Assembly (NCBI GenBank): GCA_964016885.1
Contig: OZ024741.1
Location: 156,488,001 to 156,552,000 of the forward strand
Source of the DNA: Eledone cirrhosa
Taxonomy: Eukaryota
Direction of reading: 5' to 3'
DNA: 64,000 bases
Under the pieces are notes generated by a model. The model was given only the letters and a program-made list of their open reading frames with translations. It ran no database searches and was not told the origin of the DNA. A program made the position numbers and the translations under genes. How positions within the stretch are numbered: the first letter of the stretch is position 1; each line of letters starts with the position of its first letter. Positions 24,790 to 37,800 of the stretch are shown here, in pieces.

Positions 24790-26150
24790 TATTATTGTTA
24801 TTATTATTATTTTTACTAGTCAAGCAATGTAAATGGAAAATGCATCGGGGTATTTAGTCGTCTGTCAAGTCACAACAAAGGCCTCAGAAAGATAGTACTT
24901 TCCTTAAAATATGCGCAGTACCTAGTAAGGTTGATTTTGTAAGACATCAATTTTGCATAGTATTCCTAACCGTTTTAAGAAGACTTGAAATTTCAATGGG
25001 ATTGACCCTAATGCTCCGATCACATCGGGTATCATTTCACAATACCCTCTCGCATTCCAAACAGTTTTGTCTCAGTTATTTAATTCGAAGTGTGTGATGA
25101 TTGTTTTCAACTTCTTTACTCGCAATATCCATTTCATTTGTTATGGATACGTCCAATGGATATGTTATGGATACGTCCAATAAGTCAATGTCCGATCGGC
25201 GATGTTCAATTACTCTATCTGTCTGAAAATCATAATACCAGAATATCGTTGCTTTCCCATCCTCATGCATTAATTTACTAGACACATGACCATTACTTCA
25301 TTTCGGTATTTATGACATAAAAGACAATTATGGTACAAATATATTTTATCATGACAGCGCTTAGTGTTCTTTTTGTGTAAGGCTCTCACATCTACTTACC
25401 AAGTGGGTAATATCTTCCACATTCTTTTCACCGAGTCTGCATTTCTGAATGTCAGAGGTTTTGTAGATGTTATACTTTACAGAATCGGTAGCAAGAACTT
25501 GATCATGTGATCAGTTATAAGGCTTTCAGTGGTACACTTCAAATAACCATGCGTAGGCAATGTCCATGATGTTGTTTCATCCTTGATATCCTGAGTATTT
25601 CTTTCAACTGACTATGCATTCTCATTTCCTGGAGGTCTTTTCTCTTCTCTTTAACTCTTTCATTAAACACTTCCTTACCAACATGTCATCTGTACTTATA
25701 CCTATATCTTCCGCTTCAGATTGCAAGAACTCTATGTCACTGTTTACCAAATATTCTGCGGTCGTTTTCCTTTCATTTCTTATAAAATAACACACACTAA
25801 TGAGACCTCTACCACTATTCATTCTCTTCATGTACAATCTATTTATATTTGCTATAGGATGTGAAGCTCCATACAATGTCAATAAGTTTCTTGTCTTTCT
25901 CTCCAACTTTGCTATTTCTTCTTCTGTACACATGAAAATAAACGAATTATATCTATCCACTGCAACTGATGAGATATTCGTTGCAGTGTTTAGATTTCTC
26001 CCATTCAGGTTGGATTTCTAAATCATTTTTACTCTGTTTAAATATGTCTCTCAAATTCTTTTTTCTACTAGTGAAATGTAATCCAGATCTAAAATCCCCA
26101 AATAATTGTGTCCATTACTCCAGTTCCCCCATCGTTTCTCTCAATAGCAG
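24790..26150 (-). mobile_element. R4/Dong-type LINE 3' fragment with (TAA)n tail
   Basis: KLERKTRNLLTLYGASHPIANINRLYMKRMNSGRGLI; TIFWYYDFQTDRVIEHRRSDI; GALGSIP; LGTAHIL. Tail at ~24790-24810. Confidence 0.85.
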
Positions 26151-26219
26151 CCGAAATTCACTCTATGCTGCTTTCTTCTTTCTTTTTATACCTAAAAAGG
26201 GTGATTACAGTAGAATCGA

Positions 26220-27560
26220 TGATGTTTAATAAAGGAGTAGCGATTAAGAAAACTAGACTAGAGGGTGAGCTAGTTAGATGGCTAAAGTAGGCTGTTATGA
26301 GGGGCAACCCAACTGGCGTGCTTGTGGCAAGATTGGCTCTCAGTGGATCATTTAATGTAAAACACGAAAGCGGCAATGTCAGAGCTACGGCACATGCTCT
26401 TAGAAGACGAAAACCGTTCGATATGCCCGAGTAAAAGAGATCCATGCACGACAACCTCCAGCTTATGCGATATGTCATAGAGAGGGTGGCTAAGGAATCT
26501 GGCAAACTTAGATCAATCGAAAGCTTTCGATAAAGTTGACCATCACTACATGGTGGCAATCCTCAAGGCAGCCAGCTTCGGACCCGTTTTCAGATGTTGC
26601 ATTGTTCCAATGCACAACAACATCTGCTCTATGGTTAGAATGAATAGTTACGTTTCAGAACTGTCCAACATCATATGTTCGGTCCAGCACATTTGTTCCC
26701 GCTCCTCTGTTTTGTATGTATTCACTTATGAGCCATTACTACACAAATTGGAGACGCTGAGGGACGTCGCGCGTGAATTAAATTGCTGGAGATTCGCATC
26801 AACATATGTTACAACGTCACCTGTGCGGTGTCGAACACCAAGCGCATTGAGATGATCGGCACTGCTCCTAGGGTGTACGAAGCGATAACAGCAGCAAACA
26901 TTAATAAGTAAACGCCAATAGGCCTGCCACTCAGCACCTGGCAAAGCAAGTCCATGGCATCCAATAGCATCGTCGGACACTGTACGGAAGGTCCGGTTAA
27001 ATTGCTAGGAGTCTGGTTTGATCAGGACCTCCAGATGGAAAACAGCTGGGACGAGGTAACGGGCAGGGTGAACTCTCTCACCCAGAAATGGGCCAAAAGA
27101 AAGCTATCCCTGGGAGGTCGGGCAGAGCTGGCAAACGCGTGCATCGTGTCGGTCATCTACTACCACCTGATCGTCGTGCCTTGTCCTGGTCCATCTTTGA
27201 CAGACTGCACTTGAACGTTTATCCTTTTGCTTTGGTGGGAAGAGACAGATTCTACTGCTCAGTTGATCCATTCATTGTCAACATCAACTGCAGAGATAAC
27301 TGAGCATACCGAGGCTAATGATCCACTAACAGGCGCTGAGGCTACGACATCTCCAACTTTTCCTTGGCAGTGAACAGATGTGATTGCTGTTTGCTAGACG
27401 CGTTTTCCACAGCTCGTCTCACTGGTGGAAATGCAGTCAAGAGTCAAGCGTAGACCGAGAGGGAGTGCTTGGAGACTGGAATGTCTTAAAGCAGTCACAG
27501 TCCTCTGATAATCGACCAGTACGATCGGGGTAAAAATCCAGCCTGGCATTCTATACACGG
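26220..27560 (+). mobile_element. Internally deleted Tx1-group LINE ORF2 fragment
   Basis: SMHDNLQLMRYVIERV, LDQSKAF, GPVFR, VVGHCTEGPVKLLGVWFDQDLQ. Confidence 0.88.
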
Positions 27561-28365
27561 TTAAGATTGAAATGTTCAGTACCTCGTCACAGTGTGTCTT
27601 GCATTTCTGTCAATTTGTTTCAGCTGTTCTCTTGACCAATTCAAATATGCTGCAGAGTAACTAAATAGAGATACTGCACAGGTGTTAATTCCTGTAATAC
27701 GTTTTCCTCCACTAAGCTTAAAATGTATTACTTTTATACGCTCCTAAAATATTCTCTCGTGACCTGTTTCTTTCACTTATTCCCACAGAAGTTTATCCGC
27801 AACTAAATCACACAGGTACGTATAACGTTCACCTTCTCCCATCTCTTTGAATTCTGTGGCATCAGATAGCTCTGTACATTCAGATGTTATTTCTCCTCTC
27901 TTAAATATCAACATTGCACTAATATCAATTCCAAATTGAGTTTCTATATTATTGTTCACTAAAATTACCGTTTGAACTTATGAGTCTAGTGCCTTTTCAC
28001 TTTTAGCAAACACTTTCTGCTCATTAAAAATAAGCAAGTATTTATTATCTATCAAAGACACGACAAAGAGTAACGTGAAAGCGACCCCCCTTTAAAACGA
28101 CTCTTTCGATGTTATTATATCCTATGTCAAACATGCTTTCTAATTTTCCAAACTTTTTCTTAGTAATCCTGCAATGTTGTCTGTAACACCGAATATTTGG
28201 TAACACCTCTTGATCTAAGAGTGTGGGGCCTTTATAAAATCTATCCACCCCTTTGCTAATTTTCTTTTCTTGTTTCCTGCTTCTCTCAGACCATGTTGAC
28301 CTATATATACAAATCATGTGTTCTTCCGCATTCGTTGCTCTTTTGTAAGCATCCCTTGTCATTTA
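27560..28365 (-). mobile_element. R4/Dong-type RT fragment
   Basis: NNIETQFGIDISAMLIFKRG..EMGEGERYTYL, homologous to DDIKMEFGLDKCAKATFTRG..TYKYLG. Confidence 0.7.
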
Positions 28366-28414
28366 TGAGTATACCATACATAGATATATGTGCGTATATC
28401 ATATAAATCTATAA

Positions 28415-28585
<171 letters not shown>

Positions 28586-29409
28586 TACACTCATTTTTTC
28601 TTGGTTATTTCGCAATACTTTCATTGCTATCGGGATTCAACGTGAAAGCGTGTCACGTTGAAACTGCATAAAAATTATGTTTATTTTTTCCCTTTTCTTG
28701 CTTACCTGTCAAAATAATCTGCCAGGTAATATATTAAATCCATTACATCGAGTCGATCAAGTAATATTTGTTCAGATCTTACTTGATTTACCTCAATATT
28801 GATCTACCTTAATCCCGAAGTCTCTCGGTATCTTTCATACACAACACACGACAAAATATTGACAGCAAAATAATAAAATAATAATTTGAATCACTGTTGA
28901 AATTCCAAGTATCATCTGATATTGTCAGGTTACATTACAGGAATCAAAAAACATTATGTAGTGTTTTATAAATTTCTATGAAAGCTTGGCACTAAGATAC
29001 TTTGCCACTTTTAGATTTAGTTCATACCATGGAACTGTACTTATACATATATAAACACCCCGCTCCCCCCCACACACACACACAAGAAAATACAGACATA
29101 AATATAATTTGAAAATAAAGTCGTCTGAATGCAGGTAACTACAATAGTAGATGATAGCTGTAAATAATAGTTGATAAAATCGGGTAAAGTATCCATGGAG
29201 ATGGAAAACGTGAACACTGTGTCGCAATCCACTTTTTCCGTCTCCACGAATAATCTAGTGAATTTATTCCACTATTTATCGATATTATCTACTATTATAC
29301 ATACCTGAATTATGGTGACTATATTTTCAAATTTCCCAATGCTTCGTAAACCAGCCAGATGTACACTCGCGCACACACACACACACACAGTCACATACAT
29401 ACATATGCA

Positions 29410-29448
<39 letters not shown>

Positions 29449-29488
29449 TTCAAAATATTAATAAATATAGACATTCACGTAATCAAAA

Positions 29489-29558
29489 TATATTTTATTA
29501 TATATATTTCGGAGGTACTGTGCTGTTTTTTCAGTACGTCCTCATCAAATAAAATACA
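29489..29558 (-). ncRNA. Minimal type I hammerhead ribozyme motif (core C-to-U variant), Penelope-like LTR type
   Basis: Minus strand: TATTTTAT-TTGATGA-GGACGTACTG(loop)CAGTACCTCC-GAAA-TATATAT-A-ATAAAATA. This gives an 8-bp stem I, a 10-bp stem II with 1 mismatch, and a short palindromic stem III. Confidence 0.6.
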
Positions 29559-29588
29559 TAAATTGATGTATGACATACCTCAACTGTG

Positions 29589-29997
29589 CTGATGGTTCAA
29601 TTCCAGTCTTGGCAGAGATTAATTACAACAAAACTCAGTATTTATATACCATAAGTAATAACATGACAAACTAAATATAATATCTCCCTCTCTTTGTTTT
29701 TATCTTCATCTCCTTATTTTTTCCCTTTCTCTTCTATTTAGCTCTCTCTCTCTCTCTCATTTGTTTTTTTTTTTCTCTAATACAGATATTTACATATTTA
29801 AATATTCAAATATTTAACATTTATGTACTTATGTGTTTATGTATTTATTTATTTATTTTATTTATGTATTTATTTTTCTACACTTTCTCCTACTCACCCT
29901 CTCCATTATATTTAGTTTGTCATGTTATAACTTATGGTATATAAATATTGAGTTTTGTTGTAATTAATCACTGCCAAGACTGGAATTGAACTATCAG
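29589..29997. repeat. 93-bp inverted repeat (29589-29681 / 29905-29997)
   Basis: Arms are reverse complements with about 4 mismatches around a 223-bp pyrimidine/AT-rich spacer. Confidence 0.9.
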
Positions 29998-30184
29998 ACA
30001 CGGGCAGTTCGTTCGGAGCAATGAGAAAATTTGCTCTGAACGAACTGCCCGTATCCGAAGGAACCTGCAGCCGTAGAATCAGCCAGATCCATACAGTGAT
30101 CATGTCTCGAGCTACCTGCCGGCGAAACAATTGTAACACGCAATAAACTGAGTCCAGATGCATCACTGATTTTTCGTTTTTTTA

Positions 30185-30227
<43 letters not shown>

Positions 30228-30307
30228 TATATATATATACACATATATATATATATATATACACATATATGTCCGGATGGTCTGTATGAGTGGAAGATTT
30301 TCTGTAG

Positions 30308-31365
30308 ATAAATTTCTTTATTAGCCACAAGGGCACAAAAGAAGGGGGCGAATACAAATGGGGAGTTTACATACAGGTATATGAAAATAAAACTATTAAT
30401 AAAATAACAAATAACAATTGAAATCCCCAATAGGGGTTGTACACACCCCGAAACAAATGTACAACCCTCATCTCCAGGAGCACCAAGAGTGAGTACTCCC
30501 CTCCTCTCTTCCTCTTTTTCCTCAACCTACAGGCTTATATAGAGAGAAGGCCCAACCACTCGGGCCTCTTTGCCACATTCACCCACCTTTTATAAAATTT
30601 GCTGTGGTACATCACCTTACTATCCATCCTGATTCTTCTTCCAAAATGATATTTGAAAAAACGAATCAGTTGTTCGCCGGAGAGAAAGGTGTCTTTTAAC
30701 CTCGTCCACCAAATAACCTCTTTCGCCATAGCCATAACACATAGGAAAACTGCATCTCCTTCGTTTTTGAAGGAGGGTGGCGGTTTGATCATGACAATGG
30801 ACTCGGTGGTCAACTGCATTGGTCGCACCCGCAAGAAAAGTCGTTCTACATAGCCCCACAGGTCGGTAATGCCCGGGCAGTGCACAAATGAGAGCGTGTC
30901 GGTTTCCTCGTCGCGCACGTATCTCGGACAGATCTTTTTCAAAGGGTCCCTGCTCGGGCGCCCGTGTCTGTAGAGCTTGTCTCGAACTGGTAAGGGCTCC
31001 TCGGTAGCACTGCCAGGCCAGGGACTTTTGGATGTTGTCCATCGGTCCCGGGCGGAAGGTCGTACCGAACAGACTGGCCAGTTCGTCCTCCTCTACGCCT
31101 AGAGTTTCTACGAGCGCGTCGTCGCACTTGCTGATCGCCGGGTCCGTTTGCCAGAGGACTGTGAGCGCCTGAGCACATTCGATGTGCCAGTCGCCCATTT
31201 TCCTCGGTCTTTGCTTAACCCAGGACTGCAGCTCGATCAGCGAGACGAGTCGTGGGAAGGCTCGCCTCACGAATGGGGCCCACACCGGTTGTCCGGTGAG
31301 GAATACGTGGAGGTGCCGCAGCCTGAGCGTGTGTTTGAGCATCGTCAGCCACGGCATCCCCAGTT
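30308..31365 (-). mobile_element. 5'-truncated Tx1-group LINE
   Basis: MPWLTMLKHTLRLRHL..MDNIQKSLAWQCYRGAL..CPRY..HC. 3' end TTGTGGCTAATAAAGAAA. Confidence 0.9.
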
Positions 31366-31484
31366 CTGTAGATAGTTAGATGTTCATTTCGTTTGTAGAC
31401 TAATAATAGGCATTTATTGATTCGCCTAAATAAATACATCTAAAAAAACCCTCTTTGTCACTCCCTCCAGTTCTATCTCTCTCT

Positions 31485-31524
<40 letters not shown>

Positions 31525-31718
31525 GATCGATCGACTTTCGTCAAATCGGACCGAGGAAACAATGTTTCCGTTGGTCTTTCCAGTTGCTAGTACTATCTAT
31601 CGGTCGCAACTCCAGGTAGAAGGAGCAACGTGAAATAAAGTGTCTTGTTCAAGGAGATAACGCATCGCCCGGTCTAGGAATCGAACTCACAACTTCAAGA
31701 TTGCGAATCCAATTCTCT

Positions 31719-31771
<53 letters not shown>

Positions 31772-31806
31772 TTATACATATATATATATGGGACATATAT
31801 ATATAT

Positions 31807-32127
31807 GGGACCTCGGTTCACAAACTTAATTCGTTCCAAGATGTCATTTGACTCCCGAAATGTTGGTAAGCCGAAACTATTTCTTCATATGAAAATTTGA
31901 GATACAGTGAGAGACATATTGTGTGTGAAAGACAGATATATATCACCATAGTAACTAACTACACAGCAAATGACGCTTTCCCGCCGACACTACCAACCGG
32001 TATTGCCGGCTTGCGCGTCCGTTACTCTAGACATCTTTCGTCAACTAAGATACTTTATGTTCGGAAAGATTGTTCCTGAACCAATTTGTTCGTTATGTGA
32101 GGTGTTCCTGTCCTGAGACTCCACTCT
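31807..32127. mobile_element. Possible Tc1/mariner (Tigger/pogo-like) MITE remnant
   Basis: CCTCGGTTCACAAACTTAATTCGTTCC at the left, GAACCAATTTGTTCGTTATGTGAGG near the right, flanked by TA runs. TIR degraded. Confidence 0.4.
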
Positions 32128-32477
32128 ATATACATATATATATATACATATTCCTATGTATAACGAAGCAATTGTGGTAAGGAACCAGATGGACCATAAC
32201 GCACCAAAGTACTCAATACTTAGTGTAGTAGAGTGGGTAATAGGAAAAAGTATGACCCCGACTGCAGAGCTCAAGCCGTTTCGACGGCTATTTCTGAGTC
32301 CACTTTTTCCTATTCCTATGAATATATATATATTCCTATGTATATATATATGTAGAGAGGGGGAGAGATTTAGATATATATATATATAGAGAGAGATAGA
32401 TATATTCGTAGAGTATTGCTGGCATTACTTCGTCCGAAGATTGCCTGGTAATAGAGCCAGGCATGAAATTATAATTT

Positions 32478-32621
32478 ATGTATGTTATGTTCCATAAACA
32501 AATCGTGCACAGTAACATATACATTTTACTACAACACCGTTACTAATAATTATTAGTAACGGTGTTGTAGTAAAATATATATGTTACTCTGCACGATTTG
32601 TTTATGGAACATAACATACAT
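32478..32621. repeat. 144-bp spacerless palindrome
   Basis: 72-bp arms centred on 32549/32550 with 2 mismatches. Confidence 0.95.
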
Positions 32622-33429
32622 GTATTTGTTATGAGTGGAGAGAGGAGACATCCTTAACTATTTGGGTGGAACATTAAATCTATATTCAAATTAGATCTAT
32701 AAAAAGATTAAGTGTGAACATTTCTATATTAAAAAATATTATTCTTGAATTAACCTTCATTAAGTAAACAAACTAAAGTTTTAGAAATATGTTCAGCAAT
32801 TCCTTTTTTCAGATTTACCTTGAATCGTATTAATTATCCTAACCAACTAATCATTTATGAAAGTTGAATCTGACAAATATTTTACATACACCCATAAGAT
32901 AAAATTGAAAATATTTTAATATTCATATTCATAGGAATTTGTGAATTAATCGAATATATTTTTGGAATCATGACAATAAAATAAATGCATCATGATTCTA
33001 AATATTATTTTGAAATATAATCTATAGAAGTAATGTTTCAGAAATTTAAATTTCAAAGTTTGAAATTGCACAAAGTAGTTATAATGAGAGTGTATATATT
33101 CGTTTGATGTTAACTACACTCTCCTGTACTGCACTCCATTTCTCAATATGTATGCTTCGTCGTGTAACATGAAGAGTCAATACATTAGGGAGCATACACA
33201 AGCACACACACACATACACAGATGCACTTGTGCATACATGCACAGACACGCATCATAATATGTACTGGAATGAAAGCTATCAACCTAAATATACCGAAAC
33301 TGTAGTGATTTCCAGAGGTTGTCTGAGGAGATGGGACTGTATTTCCGTTGTTTTTTCAATTGTCTTTGTGCTGTGTGCCCCCTATTTCGAATATATATAT
33401 ATATATACAAACGGTCTCTCTATAATATT

Positions 33430-34435
33430 AATTATTTTTGTTGGCCATTAGGCCAAAACACAAAAGAACAGGGACAATGGGGATTTATATAAAAAAGTTA
33501 AAAAACGAAAACAGATTGCAATTACTAATAAATGAATGACAGCAGAATTACCCAATACGGGATTTCAACCAGAGTAGTTTAGGAATCCCATAGATTCGAA
33601 ACCAACCTAATCCAAGAGCAGCCTAGGTAGGTGTTCCACACTTCTCTGATCTCTCCACCCTACAGACGCATTCTCAGAGTAAACACTTTCCTACGGACCA
33701 TCCTCGCTGCATTCACCCACATTTTAAAAAATGTACTGGGATAGTATTTCCGTCTCAACCATAACGTTCCTTTCCAATTGGAAATAGATTTTCGGTAAAA
33801 ACTCCACAAGTCAGCTATGCGCGACATTGGACGAGTGCGTCCTGAACGATTTGGTCGCTCTGCACGCATCTCGGACAGCGCTGTCTAGCAGCACTTCCGC
33901 CGTATGTTTAAAATTTATCTTGGTAGCATTGTCAAGCCAGGTATTTCTGGAAATGTTCCATTGTCTCCGACTCGAACGTTCTCCGGATCAAACTCATTAG
34001 TTCAATTTCGTCGACGCCCAGACGTCCTTCAAGAACGTCTTTGACCTTTCCCACCACTAGTCTTCTATAGAACATTAAAGTGGAATTTCCACTGATTCCA
34101 TTGCTCGATAGGAAAAGGGCTGTGAACACCTGACAGCATTCGAGATACCGGGCAACACGTATAGGTCTTCGCTTGACGACGACTGTAGCTCAATCAAAGA
34201 GACAAGCTGCAGAAGATGGGCCTGACAAATGCCAAACCTATTTGTTCACCGTTTAGGAATATCTGCTAATGCCGTAGCCTCAGCACATCTTTGCGCATCA
34301 TCAGCCACGGCAGGCTCAGCCCTCGGCGTAAAGGGCAGATGAACTGCCTGATCTGTGGAACTTGTTCCTTCCACTAGAAGTGAAAGAGCAGGTACCCCAA
34401 TCTAGCGAGGTGCTGACAGGGGCAAGGCACACCAG
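33430..34435 (-). mobile_element. Degenerate 5'-truncated Tx1-group LINE
   Basis: GISGNSTLMFYRRLVVGK..ETMEHFQKYLA; WVNAARMVR..TLRMRL*. Confidence 0.85.
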
Positions 34436-34564
34436 CCAAACAATACAAGATTACTCTTATAATTATTATCATTTCTACATTTGGCACAAGGCCAGCGATT
34501 TGAAGGAGATGGGAAAGTCGATTAGATTGACCCCCCCCCCCCCCAGTTCTTCACTAGTACTTGA

Positions 34565-34612
<48 letters not shown>

Positions 34613-34890
34613 TTTCATTTATTAGCCACAAGGGCCGACATGTAGGGGACAATACAAAGACAGGGACAGTGGAGGTTTACAATAAGGTCGAGTAAAAGTG
34701 CACAATGGCAAGACTAATTTAACAATGTAGATATAAAAATTGTAAAATAAACTATGCATAAATATAACAAAATAAATTCCCCGATAGGGGGTGGACGACC
34801 CTGGGGTAACTCAGGTACCCCACCAATCCTGAACCACCCTGCGCTTCTAGGGCACCCAGGGAGAGCACCCCTCTCCTCAAGTTAGCTAGC

Positions 34891-37800
34891 CTATAGGCGC
34901 ATGGTCAGAGTAGGCCCATTCACACGAGCCATTCTCGCCACATTCACCCACCTTTTAGCAAAAGTACAGGGTGGCAGCACTTCTCTCTCCACCCTCACCC
35001 TCCTTTCCAGGTGAAACTTGAAGAAGTTGATGAATTGGACGAAAAGAAAAGTGTCTGTCTTTAGTCCTTTCAACCTGGTCCACCATATAATCTCTTTCGC
35101 AACTGCCACAAGACAGAGGAAAATTCCATGCTCTTCCTGACCTAAGGAAGGCGGCGGGTCGATCTTCACAATGGACTCGGCCGATAGCCGGGTTCATTCC
35201 ACACGCGACAGTAGCTGTTTGGCATAACTCCACAAGTCAGTAATGCACGGACATTGTACAAGGGCGTGCAGAATGGTTTCGTCAATCTGTGCGCATCTTG
35301 GGCAGGTCCGTCTGACAGCACTTCCGTGCCTGTAGAGTTTATCCCGAACCGGCAGTGCCCCCCGGTAGCACTGCCAAGCGAGGGATTTCTGGAAATTGTC
35401 CATCGTCCCCGGCTCGAAAGTCCTCCGTTACAGACAGGTCAGTTCGACTTCGTCGAGGCCCAAAGCTTCTCCGAGTGCCTCATCGCACATTCCCACCACT
35501 AATCCTCTAAAGAACTCGAGAGTGGAAGTTCCACTGATCGCATTGCTCACGTGGTAGAGGACAGTGAGTGCCTGGCAACATTCCAGGTGCCAGTCACCCA
35601 GTCTTGGTCTCTTCTTGACCCAGGACTGCAGCTCAGTCAAAGAAACGAGCTGCGGAAAGGCCCGTCTGATAAACGGCGACCACACCTGTTCACGGTTTAG
35701 GCAGAATATCTGGAGATGTCACAGCCTCAACGCATGTCTGCGCATCATTAGCCACGGCAGGCCCAGCCCTCCGCGTAGAGGGTGCTGGCAGCAGATAGAC
35801 TGCCTCACCAACGGAACTTGTCCCCTCCACAAGAATTTGAAGAGGAGCCGTTCGAACTTGACGAGGCGCCGACGAGGGCAAGGCACGACGGTCAGACAGT
35901 AGTAGATGACGGACTCGATGTACGCATTCGCCACCTCCGCGCGACCTTTCAGTGATAGCTTCCTCCCAGCTTATTTTTGGGTGAGACTGGCTACTCTGCT
36001 CGTTACCTCGTCCCAATTCTTTTCCACCTAGAGGTCTGGTCCGACCCAAACCCCGAGCAACTTTACCGGTCCGTCCGTCCAGCGCCCCACGACGCTGTTA
36101 GACGGCATGGGCTTGCCTCTCCAGGTTCCGAGCTGCAAGCCCACCGACTTTTGCGGGTTAAGCTTGGCTCCTGTCAACCTTTCATATTCCTTCAGTAAGG
36201 TGCCGACCACCTCAATTTCTGAGGTGTTCGACACCATCACGGTGATGTCGCCCGCATAAGCCGACACCGCCTTTCCACGTCCCGGTTCGAGCGGGATGCC
36301 CTGCAACAGCTCCAGCTTCCGTAGTAAAGGCTCGAGTATCAATACGTACAGAAGGGAGGAGAGAGGGCCGAAGCCAGCTGCTTTGAGGACAAACTCCAGA
36401 TACCGATGGTCGACCCTATCGAATGCTTTCGATTGATCTAAATTGATCAGTGCTCCACCGAAGCCAGGTTTACACCCTACCCTCTCTATGATGTATCGCA
36501 TGAGGTGGAGATTGTCGTATATGGACTTGGCTGGGATTGCGCAAGTTTGCGCCTCCCCAACTAAATCCTCGACGACAAGCGCCAATCTCTTTGCTAACAC
36601 CTTGGCCAAAATCTTAAACTCTGTGTTGAGCAGAGTTATGGGCCTGAAGTTGTCTAATGTATCCCTCTTGTTCTCGTCTTTCCTTATCAGCGTCACCACT
36701 CCCCTGCTCACAGAACTGGGAATACTCCCATTCTGCTGCCAGTTGCAGTAGAGTGCTTCGAGGAGATTGGAGAACAAGTCTGGCATATTTACGTAAAGTT
36801 CGTAGGGCAGACCATCCAAACTGGGTGACTTGCGCCTCATGCAGCCGACAAGGGCATCCTGAATCTCGGCTGAAGTAATTGGCCTTTCGCAGCGCCCAGC
36901 GTCAGCCGTCGAGAGTTGCGGCAAGCCATCGAGTTAGGGACTGAAGTCCGCCACCATCTCTGACCCGCCACTTCCCCCAAAATGTTGGCGAAAGGCCTCA
37001 CACATCCTCTTGGAATCAATCAGCTCGTGCCCGTCTCGGTTCGTCAAAGACCGAATCGTGGTTTTATTTCCACGCTGCGCCTCTGCCACGCGGGCCCATC
37101 GAACAGCTTTGGTTCCCTTGGTTCTCAGAGTACGCGCCTTAGCTCTGACAATGCAACATTCGTGTTTCGCATTGAAGAAATGGTCTAATGCCATTCTCGC
37201 CGCTAGCACATCAGTTGCAATGCCACTACCAATAGCCGCGTCTAACTTATCTACCAACTCGCCCTCCTTTCTATTTTTCTCTAATGCTACTTCTTTGCTA
37301 AACTCTATCGACATAACTCTAATCTTTTGAGAGCCCCACACGATCTATTGTTGATGACTCCCCCTGTCAACTTTTGCTTAACTAAATTGTTGACCGGTCC
37401 CTCTAAGCCTTACGTTCCGGAAATGACATGTTTAGCTTCCAGCAACCAGGTCCTAACCTACGCGTCTTATCTAGGTCGATCATACAGATCACAAACTTGT
37501 GATCTGAATAGGCGACCGTTTCAAAACATGGACAGCTTACACTATTTCTGTCTATTTTCCTAATGAATATCCTGTCTATATACGATCTAGATGACGCTAT
37601 GCGGTTAGCCCAGGTCCACACTGGCGCATTAGGGAAATCTAGTCGGTACCTGTCAGACAGTTGGAACTGGCTGATCAGGTTCTTGAGGCTTTTGCACCCT
37701 CCGCTCCTATCGGATACTCCCACACAGTCCCAGCGTGCGTCTAAGATGCCGTTCCAGTCCCCCGCTAACAGTAAAGGGCGAGACGTACCCAGAAAGGCTT

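Noticed and set aside
36028-36032. Recurrent TAG after GPDL (20668, 36028, 54030) as programmed read-through
   Set aside because: Other copies (2080, 27030, 41750) have CAG. It is best explained by C>T mutation plus the A/C shared tract.
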